Positions 11,390 through 21,576 of a stretch of 64,000 nucleotides of DNA are shown here, piece by piece. Made by a program: the position numbers and the translations under genes. The DNA is from a candidate division FCPU426 bacterium (GTDB lineage: Bacteria > Oederibacteriota > JAAXVQ01 > JAUVAV01), in the NCBI GenBank assembly GCA_040756875.1, contig JBFLYH010000003.1:360907-424906 (forward strand), written 5' to 3'. The notes beneath the pieces were generated by a model, which worked only from the letters and a program-made list of their open reading frames with translations, searched no databases and was not told the DNA's origin. Position 1 is the first letter of the stretch, and every line of letters begins with the position of its first letter.

Positions 11390-11430
11390 AAAATAAAACC
11401 GGCCCGGGCTAGAAAACGCCCGGGCCGGTT
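11390..11430 (-). terminator. Intrinsic terminator after the VWA lipoprotein gene
   Basis: 13-bp stem aaccggcccgggc / gcccgggccggtt followed on the minus strand by TTATTTT. Confidence 0.75.
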
Positions 11431-11450
11431 CACTAAAGCGAGAGCGGCGT

Positions 11451-12428
11451 CTAAGGCAGAACGATGTTGACCGTACTGGTGTAGGTTCCGGTGGAGCAAC
11501 TGTAGGTGATGGTAATGGTGATCGTGTCCCCGGACCGGTAAACGAATGACGGCCAAGAGATGATCATGGTGTTGGTGAAAATTTGCGCGATCCGCTGGTA
11601 AATGCCGGCCAAATCCGAGGAAGCGCCGGCCCGTTCGTACAACCCGTTGGTCTGCGAGGCGATGCTTTCCAGGATGCTGTCACTGGCTGATCCGAAGCCG
11701 ATGGTGTAGATGGGAATCCCGTTGCTGCGCGCGTACTGGATCAAGTCGCTCATGCTGTGCGTACTGGAGTTGTCGCCTCCGTCGGTAAAGGCCACCACGG
11801 CGCGCTGTCCGGACTCGGGGATCGTATTCGTCACTCCCAGGTATGTGGCGTCAAAAAAAGCGGTCAGCCCATTCAACGACACGGGATTGGTGATGGCGGT
11901 GCGCAGGGCGTTCTTGTCGGTGGTGTAGGTTTGGATCTGGTTGATGGTGTCGTCGAACTTAATGACTTCACCGCGATCCGCAGGCTGCATGTTGTTCACG
12001 AACGAAACCGCCGCAGTCTCCAGATCACCCGTATATCCGGACATGGATCCGGAATAATCCAGCACCAGTGAGGAAGAAATGCTCTGGCCGGATCCGCTGG
12101 CCGTGCTCACGGTGATGGAGCCGGATGAAATCCGGGTGCCGTTGTAAACCACCTGGAAATTGGCGCTGGAAAAATAGGAGGCCGCCAAGGCATTGCCGTC
12201 CTGGTCCCGGACCGAAACAAATACGCCCTGGCTGTTGGCCTGAGAGTAGTTGGCATCGATGTTCGTGGTCGTGTGATCGCTGGAATTGACCGGAACCGCG
12301 CCGCCACCGCCTCCGGCGGCACTGGTAATGGGATCCACGGGATTGCTAAAGCAGCCGGCCAAAGAAAGAAGCAAGCCGGCAAGCACAATAAAATTGCGCG
12401 TCAATCTGTTTCGATCCATGATGTTCAC
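11451..12428 (-). CDS. VWA-domain lipoprotein
   Basis: LAGC lipobox and MIDAS residues (LDYSGSM, G.TAFFDA, FTDGGDNSS), plus IPIYTIGFG. The true start may be ATG 12418. Confidence 0.85.
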   Translation of the reverse strand: MNIMDRNRLTRNFIVLAGLLLSLAGCFSNPVDPITSAAGGGGGAVPVNSSDHTTTNIDANYSQANSQGVFVSVRDQDGNALAASYFSSANFQVVYNGTRISSGSITVSTASGSGQSISSSLVLDYSGSMSGYTGDLETAAVSFVNNMQPADRGEVIKFDDTINQIQTYTTDKNALRTAITNPVSLNGLTAFFDATYLGVTNTIPESGQRAVVAFTDGGDNSSTHSMSDLIQYARSNGIPIYTIGFGSASDSILESIASQTNGLYERAGASSDLAGIYQRIAQIFTNTMIISWPSFVYRSGDTITITITYSCSTGTYTSTVNIVLP

Positions 12429-12467
12429 CTCGTTGAACTAGCTTCCGCCTGATACACTGATTAACGT

Positions 12468-12917
12468 CTAATTCAGTGTTATATTAATACCTGTCACTGC
12501 ATTTCCACCGCTGATCGTCACGGTCCCCAGATAGGCACCGCTCAGCGTGTTCTCGTCCGCGCCGACGTAATAAATGCCGTCAGGAAGCCCGGAAACCGTA
12601 TACGTCCCATTCCCGGTCCGCGTGGTTTGATAGAAGCTCGTTCCGCTCAAGACCGCGGTGACGGTCACCGTGCCGCCAGAACTTCCCGAGATCGTTCCGC
12701 TAATGGACCCTGAGCCGGTGCCGCCGCCTCCGCCGCCGGTAATCGGCGTGGGGGTGGGAGAGAGCGTGCCACCGCCAACACCGCAACTGCCCCCGCAGGT
12801 GCTGGTCCCCAGCACATTCGGCGAGGTGGGAGAGGTGAAACACCCGGCAGCCAGCATGAGGCCGGCTGCCAGGGCTGCATTCGCAAGCAAGAGCAAAAGT
12901 GCTTTGGGAGTTCTCAT
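12468..12917 (-). CDS. Small lipoprotein with Gly/Thr linker and carboxypeptidase-regulatory-like (prealbumin-like) beta-sandwich
   Basis: AAGC lipobox, then GSISGTISG...GNGTYTVSGLPDGIYYV...TVTISGGNAVTGINITL. Confidence 0.65.
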   Translation of the reverse strand: MRTPKALLLLLANAALAAGLMLAAGCFTSPTSPNVLGTSTCGGSCGVGGGTLSPTPTPITGGGGGGTGSGSISGTISGSSGGTVTVTAVLSGTSFYQTTRTGNGTYTVSGLPDGIYYVGADENTLSGAYLGTVTISGGNAVTGINITLN

Positions 12918-12927
12918 GATCAGACTC

Positions 12928-14298
12928 CTAGAAATTTATTGAGCTTCCGATTAGGAGTTTCGTGGCGTTGTTCGGTGCCGTGGCCGGGGAAGGCGGCCAG
13001 CCGATGCCCTCCCGGTTGGGCATGAACATAGCCACTTGCCCGTAGAATGACACGATCTTCGAGGCCTGGTAAACCAGCCACGCGTTCAACTCCGTGCCCA
13101 GGCTCTTGCCGTCCTTGTCGGTATTGGAATAAATCCACAGGCCCACACCCGGCTTGATGCTGTTGAAGGCGAATTCGCCCGTGAAGCCCAGCGACAAAAC
13201 GCCGACGTAATTCTGTATCTTCAAACTTGCGGAGTGCCCATCCAGGTACGTATAGGCACCGGCGCCGTCCTGGATCTTGGAAAACAGCCCGGGGCCCGAG
13301 CCGGGGAGCGAATTCAAGCTGGCAAAACCGCACTTGGTGTTGAGCAGCGGTTCCGGATCTCCGCCCGTATAGACGATGTGCGCGCCCAGTTCAAAGCCAA
13401 AATCCGGGGTGGATTGCATGCCGTACATGCCGTCCAGTTTCAGGCCCAGGGCGGTGGCGTCGATGGAATCGTCAGCCGCAGTCTTGGCCATGCCGAACTG
13501 AATGCCCAACTGGCCGTTCAGGCCGAAGTGCCCGGCATCGCCGGCAGGCATGTCCAGCATATAGCGTCCGCCGAGCAGGATCAGCGTGTTGACCGCGTCC
13601 TTGGCGGTGGGCGGAGTGCCTGACGTGATGGTGATGGGCTCGTTGCCGATCAGCAAGTAACCGCGCAGGCCCATGGTGTCGCCGAGGTTGAAATACGGCG
13701 TGAAGCCGATCATGCTTTCGATCTTCCCGCCTGTGCCCCACGGCGCATACAGATCGGTGCGCGCAATGAAAAACATCAGGTCAATCTTGTCCAGGTCAAA
13801 ACCCAAAGTCACGGCGTCATGCTGGAACCCCAGCAACAGATCCTGGGTGTCGCCGAACAATTGACGGCCCAGCTTGACGTAAAAATTGTCCTGTTGGAAC
13901 TTGGCATACAGTTCATTCACTTTAATGAAGGGATAGGTTATGTTCGCATAACCCGGCTTTTCCACGTCCGCGAACAAGCCGAAATTTTCCTTGTCAAACA
14001 CGTTGGCCAACGCCATGCGGTAGACCGGGTAGAAATACCAGTCCGAAGTCTCGCCATAGGCGCTGTTGACCATGTCGAAAATTTTAATGTCGATGTTGCC
14101 GCTGAAATCGAAGCCCGGCTTCATCTCGTTGATGAGATCCTGGGGTGTGGGCTCCTTCGACTGTTGGACAACAGGTTTGGCGGCGGGTTTGGCTGCTTGG
14201 GTTTGGGCCTTGGCCTTGGGAGCCTGGGCAGCAAGGACGAGCTGGCTTCCGGCCGTGACAAACAAGAGCGTCGTTAGAATGGTGAAGACTTTTTTCAT
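12928..14298 (-). CDS. Putative outer-membrane beta-barrel protein
   Basis: Signal peptide MKKVFTILTTLLFV, Ala/Lys/Pro linker, amphipathic beta strands, VKLGRQ and LGTELN motifs as in alginate-export-like porins, and a terminal Phe. ATG 14298 is preferred over TTG 14310. Confidence 0.65.
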   Translation of the reverse strand: MKKVFTILTTLLFVTAGSQLVLAAQAPKAKAQTQAAKPAAKPVVQQSKEPTPQDLINEMKPGFDFSGNIDIKIFDMVNSAYGETSDWYFYPVYRMALANVFDKENFGLFADVEKPGYANITYPFIKVNELYAKFQQDNFYVKLGRQLFGDTQDLLLGFQHDAVTLGFDLDKIDLMFFIARTDLYAPWGTGGKIESMIGFTPYFNLGDTMGLRGYLLIGNEPITITSGTPPTAKDAVNTLILLGGRYMLDMPAGDAGHFGLNGQLGIQFGMAKTAADDSIDATALGLKLDGMYGMQSTPDFGFELGAHIVYTGGDPEPLLNTKCGFASLNSLPGSGPGLFSKIQDGAGAYTYLDGHSASLKIQNYVGVLSLGFTGEFAFNSIKPGVGLWIYSNTDKDGKSLGTELNAWLVYQASKIVSFYGQVAMFMPNREGIGWPPSPATAPNNATKLLIGSSINF

Positions 14299-14521
14299 TT
14301 CGTTTTTCAACCCCCTCTTGGTAGTGATTGCAATCCCGAATGGGATTCGAATCCGTAGTAACAGTATTTCTGCAGGCTTCCCACCCCTCTCATCTGATAT
14401 AAGGAAAGGTGTTGGAAGGTGGTTAAGGTAGGAATCATTCTCCCAAAAGACTTGCCGCTCGTCAAGCTCTCAAAACGATTGTATTAAGTAATACTTTACA
14501 TTAATAAATATCTCATCCACG

Positions 14522-15535
14522 TTAATTCTCTTGGGAACCTATTTTTATTTCGTCAAAAGTCGTTCCCGTTCCATCAACACTACCTTCAATAAGCAAGTCA
14601 ATATGAAAAGACTTAGTTCCGCTCCAAACAGGCGCTGACGCATTGATGTCTATATAATGAATTCCCGCGTTTAAGTATTCGCAGATGAGTTTGCGTGAAC
14701 CATCATCTAAAAAAACCTTAAATGCTGTGCCACTGTCAATCTGTGTTACAACGATCCGCATGTATTTAAATGTATCAAAGTTCAATGTCATGCCGTCCGA
14801 TTCTACGTGCCCATATCCCTTGGCACCAGACACAAGAGCGACTTTTGCAGCACCTTTAGGTTGCCCGAGGCCGCTTGTGCGTATGGTGGCATTGTCCACG
14901 TCCCACCAACTTCCTGGCCGGACATCGTCGCCCAGATCCTCAAAATGTTCGACATACCCGTTCGTGGATTGTTTATAAATCCAGACTTCGTCAAAACGAG
15001 TGCCGGTATTGGCCGTAGCACTTTCCACAAGCAAGTCAATGTGAAATGATTTATTCCCGCTCCATATCGGCGCGGTGGCGTTAATGCCGATATCATGAAC
15101 ACCCACTCCCAGACCGCTCGCGATTTCTTTTCGTGCCCCATCATCCAGAAAAACCTTGAAAGCTGTGGCGCTATCAACAGATAGTATCACCAGTCTAACG
15201 GTATCCAATGTATCAAAATTCAAGGTCATGCCGTCCGATTCAACATGACCGTAGTTTTTACTTGTAGTCGCAAGCGACACTTTTGCTGTCCCTTTGGGTT
15301 GCCCGGTTCCGCTCGTACGAATGACGGCATTGTCAACATCCCACCAGCTTCCCGGACGCACATCATCGCCTGTTTCTTCGTAATGCTCCAAATAGGGCGT
15401 AGTGGGGGCCGACACATCCAGAAAAGTCACTGTTATGGGAAAGGAAAGACTTACGGCGGCAAAAAGTCGGGTTGAATAAGACGTAGTCAGTACAGTAAAA
15501 ACCAACAATCCGCTAAAAAAAACATGGTTCTTCAT
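14522..15535 (-). CDS. Secreted protein with two tandem ~146-aa beta-sandwich (carbohydrate-binding-like) domains
   Basis: Signal peptide and an internal duplication (GDDVRPGSWWDVDNA...YGHVESDGMTLNFDT...FDE, twice) at a 438-bp offset. DNA is visibly AT-richer than the flanks. ATG 15535 is preferred. Confidence 0.7.
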   Translation of the reverse strand: MKNHVFFSGLLVFTVLTTSYSTRLFAAVSLSFPITVTFLDVSAPTTPYLEHYEETGDDVRPGSWWDVDNAVIRTSGTGQPKGTAKVSLATTSKNYGHVESDGMTLNFDTLDTVRLVILSVDSATAFKVFLDDGARKEIASGLGVGVHDIGINATAPIWSGNKSFHIDLLVESATANTGTRFDEVWIYKQSTNGYVEHFEDLGDDVRPGSWWDVDNATIRTSGLGQPKGAAKVALVSGAKGYGHVESDGMTLNFDTFKYMRIVVTQIDSGTAFKVFLDDGSRKLICEYLNAGIHYIDINASAPVWSGTKSFHIDLLIEGSVDGTGTTFDEIKIGSQEN

Positions 15536-15674
15536 GATGCATTTGCGGGATTCAGAAAACAAGGATAACACCTCGCTTTTAAACCTTAAAATCGTATTAT
15601 ATAGTAATTAGACTCTCCGGGCGACCAGTAATTTCAACAAAATAAGGTGTCTTCGAGAAGTATTTAGGCGTGTG

Positions 15675-16838
15675 CTAGCGCCAGCTGGGGACGAGGTTGT
15701 CGTAGTAGCTGCGGGTGAGGTTGCGGACGTGCTGGCCATCGGCGTCCATAATGAAGATATTCCAGGCGTTTTCCCAGCGCGCCACGTAGGCGATCAAGGT
15801 GCCGTCGGGTGAAAAAATCGGGTCATCCTTGTCCATTTCGTCGTCCGTAATGCGGTAATACTTCTGCCAATTGAGGTCGTAGATATAAAGCTGCCGCGTC
15901 ATGCGGTCCAGGGAGTTGGAGGAAAAAACCATCTTGTTGCCCACCGGCGAAAATACCGGATCGCCCATGTAGGTCAGCTCGTCGGTCTCGATCAGGGGAA
16001 TCGGCTTTTGGTCCTGCAATTTCATCATAAATATTTCGCTGCGGTTGTTGCGGCTTGATTCCAGGGAAACGTAGGCCCCGTCGGGCGAAAATCCGTAGCC
16101 GTGCGTGTGCCCGAACCAGTGGGTCAACTGCCGCATCTGACTGCCGTCCGCACTGATGATTCCGGTTTCGGCGCTTCCATCCCGGTGCGTTGTGTACAGC
16201 AACGAACGGCCGTCTGGGCTCCAGAAGGGGTTGGTTTTATCCCCCACGCCGTGCGTCACTTGACGGATGGCGCGGGTGGCCAGGTCCATGACATAGATTT
16301 GATAGGTGCTCGTGCGGTTGGAAGAAAAAGCCAGACAATGCCCGTCGTAGGAAAGATGCGGATCGCGGTCAAAGGCATTCGATTCCATCAGGCGTTCGCA
16401 GTGATTGCCGTCCGCATCCATCAAATACAACTGGTAATGACGCCCATCGCTCCGGTTTGACGCAAAGGCTATTTTGCGCAGGATGCCGCCGCCTGCAGGC
16501 GTTGGTGTAGGCACGGGCGTGGTTTGTACCAGCGGAGGAAAAGTCGGGCGTTCGGCCAGGTAAAGGGTTTTGGGCTGGGAGAGAATTCTCGGCAAAGGCG
16601 CCACGGCGGCGGCCAGCACGGGTTCGCCGGCTGCAAGCGCCTCCACTGAAGCCGCAATGGTAACCGGTGTTGGATGATATCCGAAAACGAAAATCAATAT
16701 TAGAATAATCAGCGCCAATAATGTGACGCTTTTTAAAAAGGTTCCTTCATCATCAATGAAAGATGAAACGAACCAGCTTTTCAAATTTGCCCTCCATATA
16801 TGGTATTTGCCATTAATATGATACGCTTTATGGGGCAT
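15675..16838 (-). CDS. TolB-like PD40/WD40-like beta-propeller protein with N-terminal TM anchor
   Basis: Repeated P.[WF]SPDG..[IL]AF.S.R and IY.MDADG...LT motifs, one hydrophobic helix and a Pro/Thr linker. Start uncertain. Confidence 0.85.
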   Translation of the reverse strand: MPHKAYHINGKYHIWRANLKSWFVSSFIDDEGTFLKSVTLLALIILILIFVFGYHPTPVTIAASVEALAAGEPVLAAAVAPLPRILSQPKTLYLAERPTFPPLVQTTPVPTPTPAGGGILRKIAFASNRSDGRHYQLYLMDADGNHCERLMESNAFDRDPHLSYDGHCLAFSSNRTSTYQIYVMDLATRAIRQVTHGVGDKTNPFWSPDGRSLLYTTHRDGSAETGIISADGSQMRQLTHWFGHTHGYGFSPDGAYVSLESSRNNRSEIFMMKLQDQKPIPLIETDELTYMGDPVFSPVGNKMVFSSNSLDRMTRQLYIYDLNWQKYYRITDDEMDKDDPIFSPDGTLIAYVARWENAWNIFIMDADGQHVRNLTRSYYDNLVPSWR

Positions 16839-16964
16839 ATGTCAATTTGAAAAACATATTTTTTGTATTTAATAAAGTTATTATCAAAACCTCATGTTCG
16901 TCATCAAGAATATCCTTATTATCATTGATTTTTAAGCATTTTATTAAAAGTTTTATACAGTTTT

Positions 16965-17684
16965 TTAGCTTTTCCCGGCCTGTACAGGCTTCAAACCTAA
17001 AAGCGATGCGATTTGTTTCATGTCCTCCCAAGCCAGACGTTTATTTTGCGGATGATAGAGCAAGGCCGCGGGATGAAAGGTCGGCACCAGCGCCACCCCC
17101 TGAAAGCGATGGACTTTGCCCCTCATTTTCCCGATCGGTTCCTGGGTATCCAGGAGCGTTTGAGTGGCATACGTTCCGAGCGTGCAGATAACCTCGGGTT
17201 TGAGCAATTCCAACTGCTGCTGCAGCCAGTCCCGGCAAGCGCTGATTTCTTCTGGTTGGGGATTCCGGTTCCCGGGCGGACGGCATTTGAGGACGTTGCA
17301 GATGTAAACTTTTTCCCGCCGCAACCCGATCGCTTCCAACATGCGCGTCAGCAGCTGGCCCGCGGCGCCGACAAAAGGCCGCCCTTGCCGGTCTTCTTCC
17401 GCGCCCGGCGCCTCGCCGACCAGAACCAGCCGCGCCCGCGGGTCACCTTCGCCGAAAACCACGCGCTGGCGGCTCTTGTGCAGGGCGCATTTCGTGCAAT
17501 GGGCGGCTTCCCCGGCCAAAGCGTCCATCCGGGGATCTGCCGGTTGTTTTCCGGAAACGGGCCGGACGCCCCGCGCCGGGCGATAGAAAAAGTCGGCCGC
17601 ATCATCTCCATCCAGGCGCCGGCGCACATACCGCTTCAATTGCCCGGCTATGGATTCCATTTTTTTCCTCGGTTGCTCGGACAT
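16965..17684 (-). CDS. Uracil-DNA glycosylase family 4 (Fe-S)
   Basis: [36 protein letters not shown] and TFHPAALL motifs. Start either ATG 17684 or 17717. Confidence 0.93.
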   Translation of the reverse strand: MSEQPRKKMESIAGQLKRYVRRRLDGDDAADFFYRPARGVRPVSGKQPADPRMDALAGEAAHCTKCALHKSRQRVVFGEGDPRARLVLVGEAPGAEEDRQGRPFVGAAGQLLTRMLEAIGLRREKVYICNVLKCRPPGNRNPQPEEISACRDWLQQQLELLKPEVICTLGTYATQTLLDTQEPIGKMRGKVHRFQGVALVPTFHPAALLYHPQNKRLAWEDMKQIASLLGLKPVQAGKS

Positions 17685-17749
17685 CGTTCTCCCGGATTGC
17701 AATGGCATTATAATCAAACGGACTGATCGCCGTCTGCGCTGGCCGGAGG

Positions 17750-18706
17750 TTACCAGGACACCGCCAGGGAAAAGACGTGATTCAAACCCTCGCCGGGCAT
17801 TCGCTCCGTCGCCAAAGCGTAGTCCAGCTGCAGCGTGACCCGCTCGCCGAGACGGAAGTTACCGCTGGCGCCGGCGGTCCAGCGCCCATTGTCCAAACCC
17901 GTGCGCACGGCCAAAGCCGGAAGCGCTTGATATTCGACGCCCGCGTGGTACCGGTAGTTCCTGACCGCGGCCGGAGCGTGAAGATACTCGGCGTCAGCGT
18001 CGCAGGAAGCCCGCAGCCCGGTGTCACCCAGCTGGTACATGACCCCGGCCCGAATAAGCCAGGGCACCCGGTCCTGATACCCGCCCGGCCAGTTGAGGGA
18101 ACTGTACACGTCCTGCAACATCAAACCCCAACTCCAATCCGGATCCAGTTGGTGCCAAACCGCCAGGTCGAGGCCGAATCCACTGGCCGATGTGCCGTCC
18201 AAGGATTGCAGCAGAAGCTTGAGATTGCTGCCCACGCCCAACCCGGGCCCCAAGCCGGAAGCGAGCGACAGCAGGAGGGCGTTCTCTGAATCGGAAAACA
18301 TGTGATCCGGCAGCGGCCGATTCTCTTCCCGGGCTTCCAGGTCGCTGCCAGCCGAAAAATTGATCCAGGTTCCCGCGTAGGCGTACGATCCGCCGGTGGC
18401 GTTGACGTCGGCATGGGTGAAGCCGAGGAAATTCCAGGCCCGCTCCCATCCCAAAACCGAGGTCTGTGCCAGCACCCGGTCGCCGGCCAGAAACGGCAGT
18501 TTGCCCGGATTCCAATAGGCGGCCGAAGCATCATCCGCGGCCGCGGTCTGGGCACCACCCATTCCCACTCCCCTGGCGCCGGCGCCGGCCCGCAGGTACG
18601 GCGCTGCACCGCCGCCCTCGGCCCGAACCTGCGGGACCCAGGCCATGAGCAGGCATCCTGCCAGCAAAACCCCCGACAGGCGCGGCCACGCGGCAAGGTT
18701 TTTCAA
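17750..18706 (-). CDS. PorV/PorQ-like (FadL-type) outer-membrane beta-barrel, copy 1
   Basis: GAGARGVGMGGA..A.ADDASAAYWNP, GFGLDL, AGVEY, LDYA motifs and a terminal Trp. 4-bp overlap with the S8 stop. Confidence 0.8.
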   Translation of the reverse strand: MKNLAAWPRLSGVLLAGCLLMAWVPQVRAEGGGAAPYLRAGAGARGVGMGGAQTAAADDASAAYWNPGKLPFLAGDRVLAQTSVLGWERAWNFLGFTHADVNATGGSYAYAGTWINFSAGSDLEAREENRPLPDHMFSDSENALLLSLASGLGPGLGVGSNLKLLLQSLDGTSASGFGLDLAVWHQLDPDWSWGLMLQDVYSSLNWPGGYQDRVPWLIRAGVMYQLGDTGLRASCDADAEYLHAPAAVRNYRYHAGVEYQALPALAVRTGLDNGRWTAGASGNFRLGERVTLQLDYALATERMPGEGLNHVFSLAVSW

Positions 18707-20352
18707 TTTCGCACCACGATTTTATTCATATACGTCTTGCCGCCGATCTCCAAAACAAAAGGATAAACGCCGTTGGCCGCCAAATCGCCGGATTCGTTCC
18801 GTCCGTTCCAGCCGATCACGCCCCCCGCATGCACCGCAGCGCCCTGAAGTTCGAGCGTCCGCACCAGGGTGCCGAGGGAATCGAAGATCCGAACGCTGGC
18901 TGTCTGGCCGGTCGCGGCTTCCGGAATGACAATATAGGTTTGTTCCCCGCGGGCGGGGCGGAAGGGATTGGGATAGTTGTACGAGGGGCGGCTCCCGCCG
19001 GCCGCTTTAAAAGTGTATTGCCGCGTCAGCGCCCGGTAAAGGTTGACCCGCCCCCATCCCAGCTCGGGATTCCAGCCGTCCGCGTCCGCGGCCAGGCTTC
19101 CGGTCTTGTCCGCCGTGGTGATCAGCAGGTTAAGCACTTCTGCGGACGTACGGTTGGGGTCCTGCATCCACAGCATGGCCGCGCAGCCCGAAACCACGGG
19201 CGCGGACATGGACGTGCCGTAGGCGTAGGCATAGGCGTCCGGCGCATCGTAAAACGTACTGAGAATCTTGCCCGCATCGGCTCCTGGATTGCCGCCGGGC
19301 GCAGCCAGGTCGATATAATCGTGGTAAATGGAATACCCGGCCCGGGCGCCCGTGGAATCACACGCTGCGACCGCCACGACCTCCGGGTAAGCGGCCGGAT
19401 AAACGACGGGGTTGTAGGTGGGATCGCCGGTGTCGTTGTTGCCGCCCGAAGCCACGACCAGGCAGCCGCGCTGGACGGCATACTGGACGGCCTCCTCCAT
19501 AACCTGCCCGCTGGCCGTTCCTCCCAAGCTGAGATTGAGCACCTTGGTGCCCTGATCCGCGGCCCAAATGATCGCCTGGGCGATGTCATAATCATTCCCG
19601 GAGGGGATGGTCCCGGCCGGCCCGCCCAGGACCTTGACCGGCATGAGCCGGATCCCCGCGTGACTGGCCGTGCCCGCCACGCCCAGGCTGTTGCCCGTGG
19701 CCGCGGCTGCGATGCCGGCCACATGCGTGCCATGGCCCTGAATGTCAGAGGCATCGCCGCCCACGTCGTAAAAGTCCCGGCCCGGCACCAAGCGGCTGAT
19801 CAAATCCTCGTGCTGAAGCGCAATGCCGCTGTCCAGGATGGCGATGACCACGGTGCGCCCGGCCGAAGGTGCGGGCAAAATGGCTTCAGCCCACACCCGG
19901 TCCGCGCCCACGGCTTCCACCCACCACTGGCTGCCGTTTTGATAATAGGGATCGTTCGGTCCGTTAGACAGGGGGGACAAGGCGGCGCGGCGATAGTTCG
20001 GTTGGGCGTAAAGCACGGCCGGGGAATCCTGCAGTTGCCGCAGCACCAGGGAAGGGACCCGGCTGTCCGTCAGGCGCAGGCGTTCCACGCCCAGATTGGG
20101 AATGCGGTCCCACGCGCGCGTGCCGGTGGCCTGCATCAGGGCGCTGCGCAACTGCGGAAGTTCAGCCTCGGTAATGCCCAGTTGTTTTTGCTCGGCCCCG
20201 GTCAGACGGGTGCGGAATTTGACCAGGACCACGCCCGGCACGGCGTCTTCCGGGCCCGGCAGGGGCGCGCCGGCCAAGACCGGCCAGGTCCAGAGGGCCA
20301 GGCAGAGTGCCGCTACCGAGCGGATGAACCACCGGAAAGTCAAGGTTGCCAA
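18703..20352 (-). CDS. S8 subtilisin-like serine protease with C-terminal YNYPNPF / FlgD-Ig (T9SS-sorting-like) domain, copy 1
   Basis: Signal peptide, catalytic triad AILDSG / GHGTHVAG / GTSMSAP, and tail YNYPNPF...IFDSLG.LVR...WNGRNESG...ANGVY. Confidence 0.92.
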   Translation of the reverse strand: MATLTFRWFIRSVAALCLALWTWPVLAGAPLPGPEDAVPGVVLVKFRTRLTGAEQKQLGITEAELPQLRSALMQATGTRAWDRIPNLGVERLRLTDSRVPSLVLRQLQDSPAVLYAQPNYRRAALSPLSNGPNDPYYQNGSQWWVEAVGADRVWAEAILPAPSAGRTVVIAILDSGIALQHEDLISRLVPGRDFYDVGGDASDIQGHGTHVAGIAAAATGNSLGVAGTASHAGIRLMPVKVLGGPAGTIPSGNDYDIAQAIIWAADQGTKVLNLSLGGTASGQVMEEAVQYAVQRGCLVVASGGNNDTGDPTYNPVVYPAAYPEVVAVAACDSTGARAGYSIYHDYIDLAAPGGNPGADAGKILSTFYDAPDAYAYAYGTSMSAPVVSGCAAMLWMQDPNRTSAEVLNLLITTADKTGSLAADADGWNPELGWGRVNLYRALTRQYTFKAAGGSRPSYNYPNPFRPARGEQTYIVIPEAATGQTASVRIFDSLGTLVRTLELQGAAVHAGGVIGWNGRNESGDLAANGVYPFVLEIGGKTYMNKIVVRN

Positions 20353-20376
20353 CAGGCTGGTCTTCCCTTCTGAGGT

Positions 20377-21570
20377 TTAACGGGCGAGCTTCTGCTCCAG
20401 ACGGTCGCAAACCAGGTCGGCGACGCGGGCTTTGGACTGCCGGGAAACGGCTTCCCGTCCGCCCTCCCGGTCCAGGATAAGAACCGCTGCTTCATCAGAC
20501 GCAAAGGCGTCGTCTGGGCCCGAGGCCTGGTTGGCGATCAGCAGATCTAATTTTTTGGCTGCCAGCTTGTCGCGGCCCCGCTTCTCCAGTTCTTCGGTTT
20601 CCGCCGCAAATCCTACCAGAATCTGGCCGGTTTTGCGTTCCCCCAACTCCTTCAGAATGTCCGGGTTGGGCAGCAGCTCCAGTGCCGGCGGAGTCTGGCC
20701 TTTTTTCAATTTTCCGGTTTGGGGATGGGCGGGCCGGAAATCCGAAACCGCAGCCGCGGCAATGACCACGTCGGCGTTTGGGAATTCAGCCAGGGTCGCG
20801 GCATGCATCTCCACGGCCGTGATGACCGGGATGACCCGTACGCCGGGCGGCGGAACCAGTTCGACCGGCCCCAGCACCAGGGTGACATGGGCTCCCCGCC
20901 GGGCTGCCGCGGCCGCCAGCGCCAGACCCATTTTCCCCGTGGACCGGTTGGAGAGAAAACGTACGGCATCCCAGGGTTCGCGGGTCGGTCCGGCTGTGAT
21001 GAGCACGCGCTTGCCGGCCAGAGGGCCGGCCGGGGACAGCCTCCGTTCGACTGCGGCCACAATTTCCTCGACCGGCGCCAGGCGGCCCCGGCCGGTTTCG
21101 CCGCAGGCCAGCTCGCCTTGGGCCGGAAGCACCCACTGGTGCCCCATCTGCTCCAAAGCGCGGACATGGGCCTGAGTGAGCGGATGCTCCCACATGCGCA
21201 CGTTCATGGCCGGCGCCCATATCACCGGCGCGCGCGTGTCCAGGAGCAAGGCGGCCAGCAGGTCGTCGGCCCGTCCCTGGGCCGCGCGGGCGATGCTGTC
21301 CGCCGTGGCGGGCGCCACGAGGACCAACTCGGCCCACTGGGCGAGGGAAATGTGCGGAACCGGCGAGGCCGGATCGGCGAAAAACTCCGTCACCACCGGC
21401 CGCTGGGTCAGGGTGCGCAGGGTCAGCGGCGTGATGAAGCGGCAGGCATTGGCCGTCATGACCGCGGTGACTTCGCACCCGGCCCGCACCAGTTGGCGCG
21501 CCAGTTCAGCCGCCTTGTAGGCCGCAATGCTGCCTGTCACGCCCAGCAGGATGCGGCGGCCGGCCAGCAT
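20377..21570 (-). CDS. coaBC: Bifunctional phosphopantothenoylcysteine decarboxylase / phosphopantothenate--cysteine ligase
   Basis: GVTGSIAAYKA, APAMNVRMW, LACGETGRGRL, TAGPTRE, SNRSTGKMG, VGFAAET. Confidence 0.98.
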   Translation of the reverse strand: MLAGRRILLGVTGSIAAYKAAELARQLVRAGCEVTAVMTANACRFITPLTLRTLTQRPVVTEFFADPASPVPHISLAQWAELVLVAPATADSIARAAQGRADDLLAALLLDTRAPVIWAPAMNVRMWEHPLTQAHVRALEQMGHQWVLPAQGELACGETGRGRLAPVEEIVAAVERRLSPAGPLAGKRVLITAGPTREPWDAVRFLSNRSTGKMGLALAAAAARRGAHVTLVLGPVELVPPPGVRVIPVITAVEMHAATLAEFPNADVVIAAAAVSDFRPAHPQTGKLKKGQTPPALELLPNPDILKELGERKTGQILVGFAAETEELEKRGRDKLAAKKLDLLIANQASGPDDAFASDEAAVLILDREGGREAVSRQSKARVADLVCDRLEQKLAR

Positions 21571-21576
21571 GAAGCG

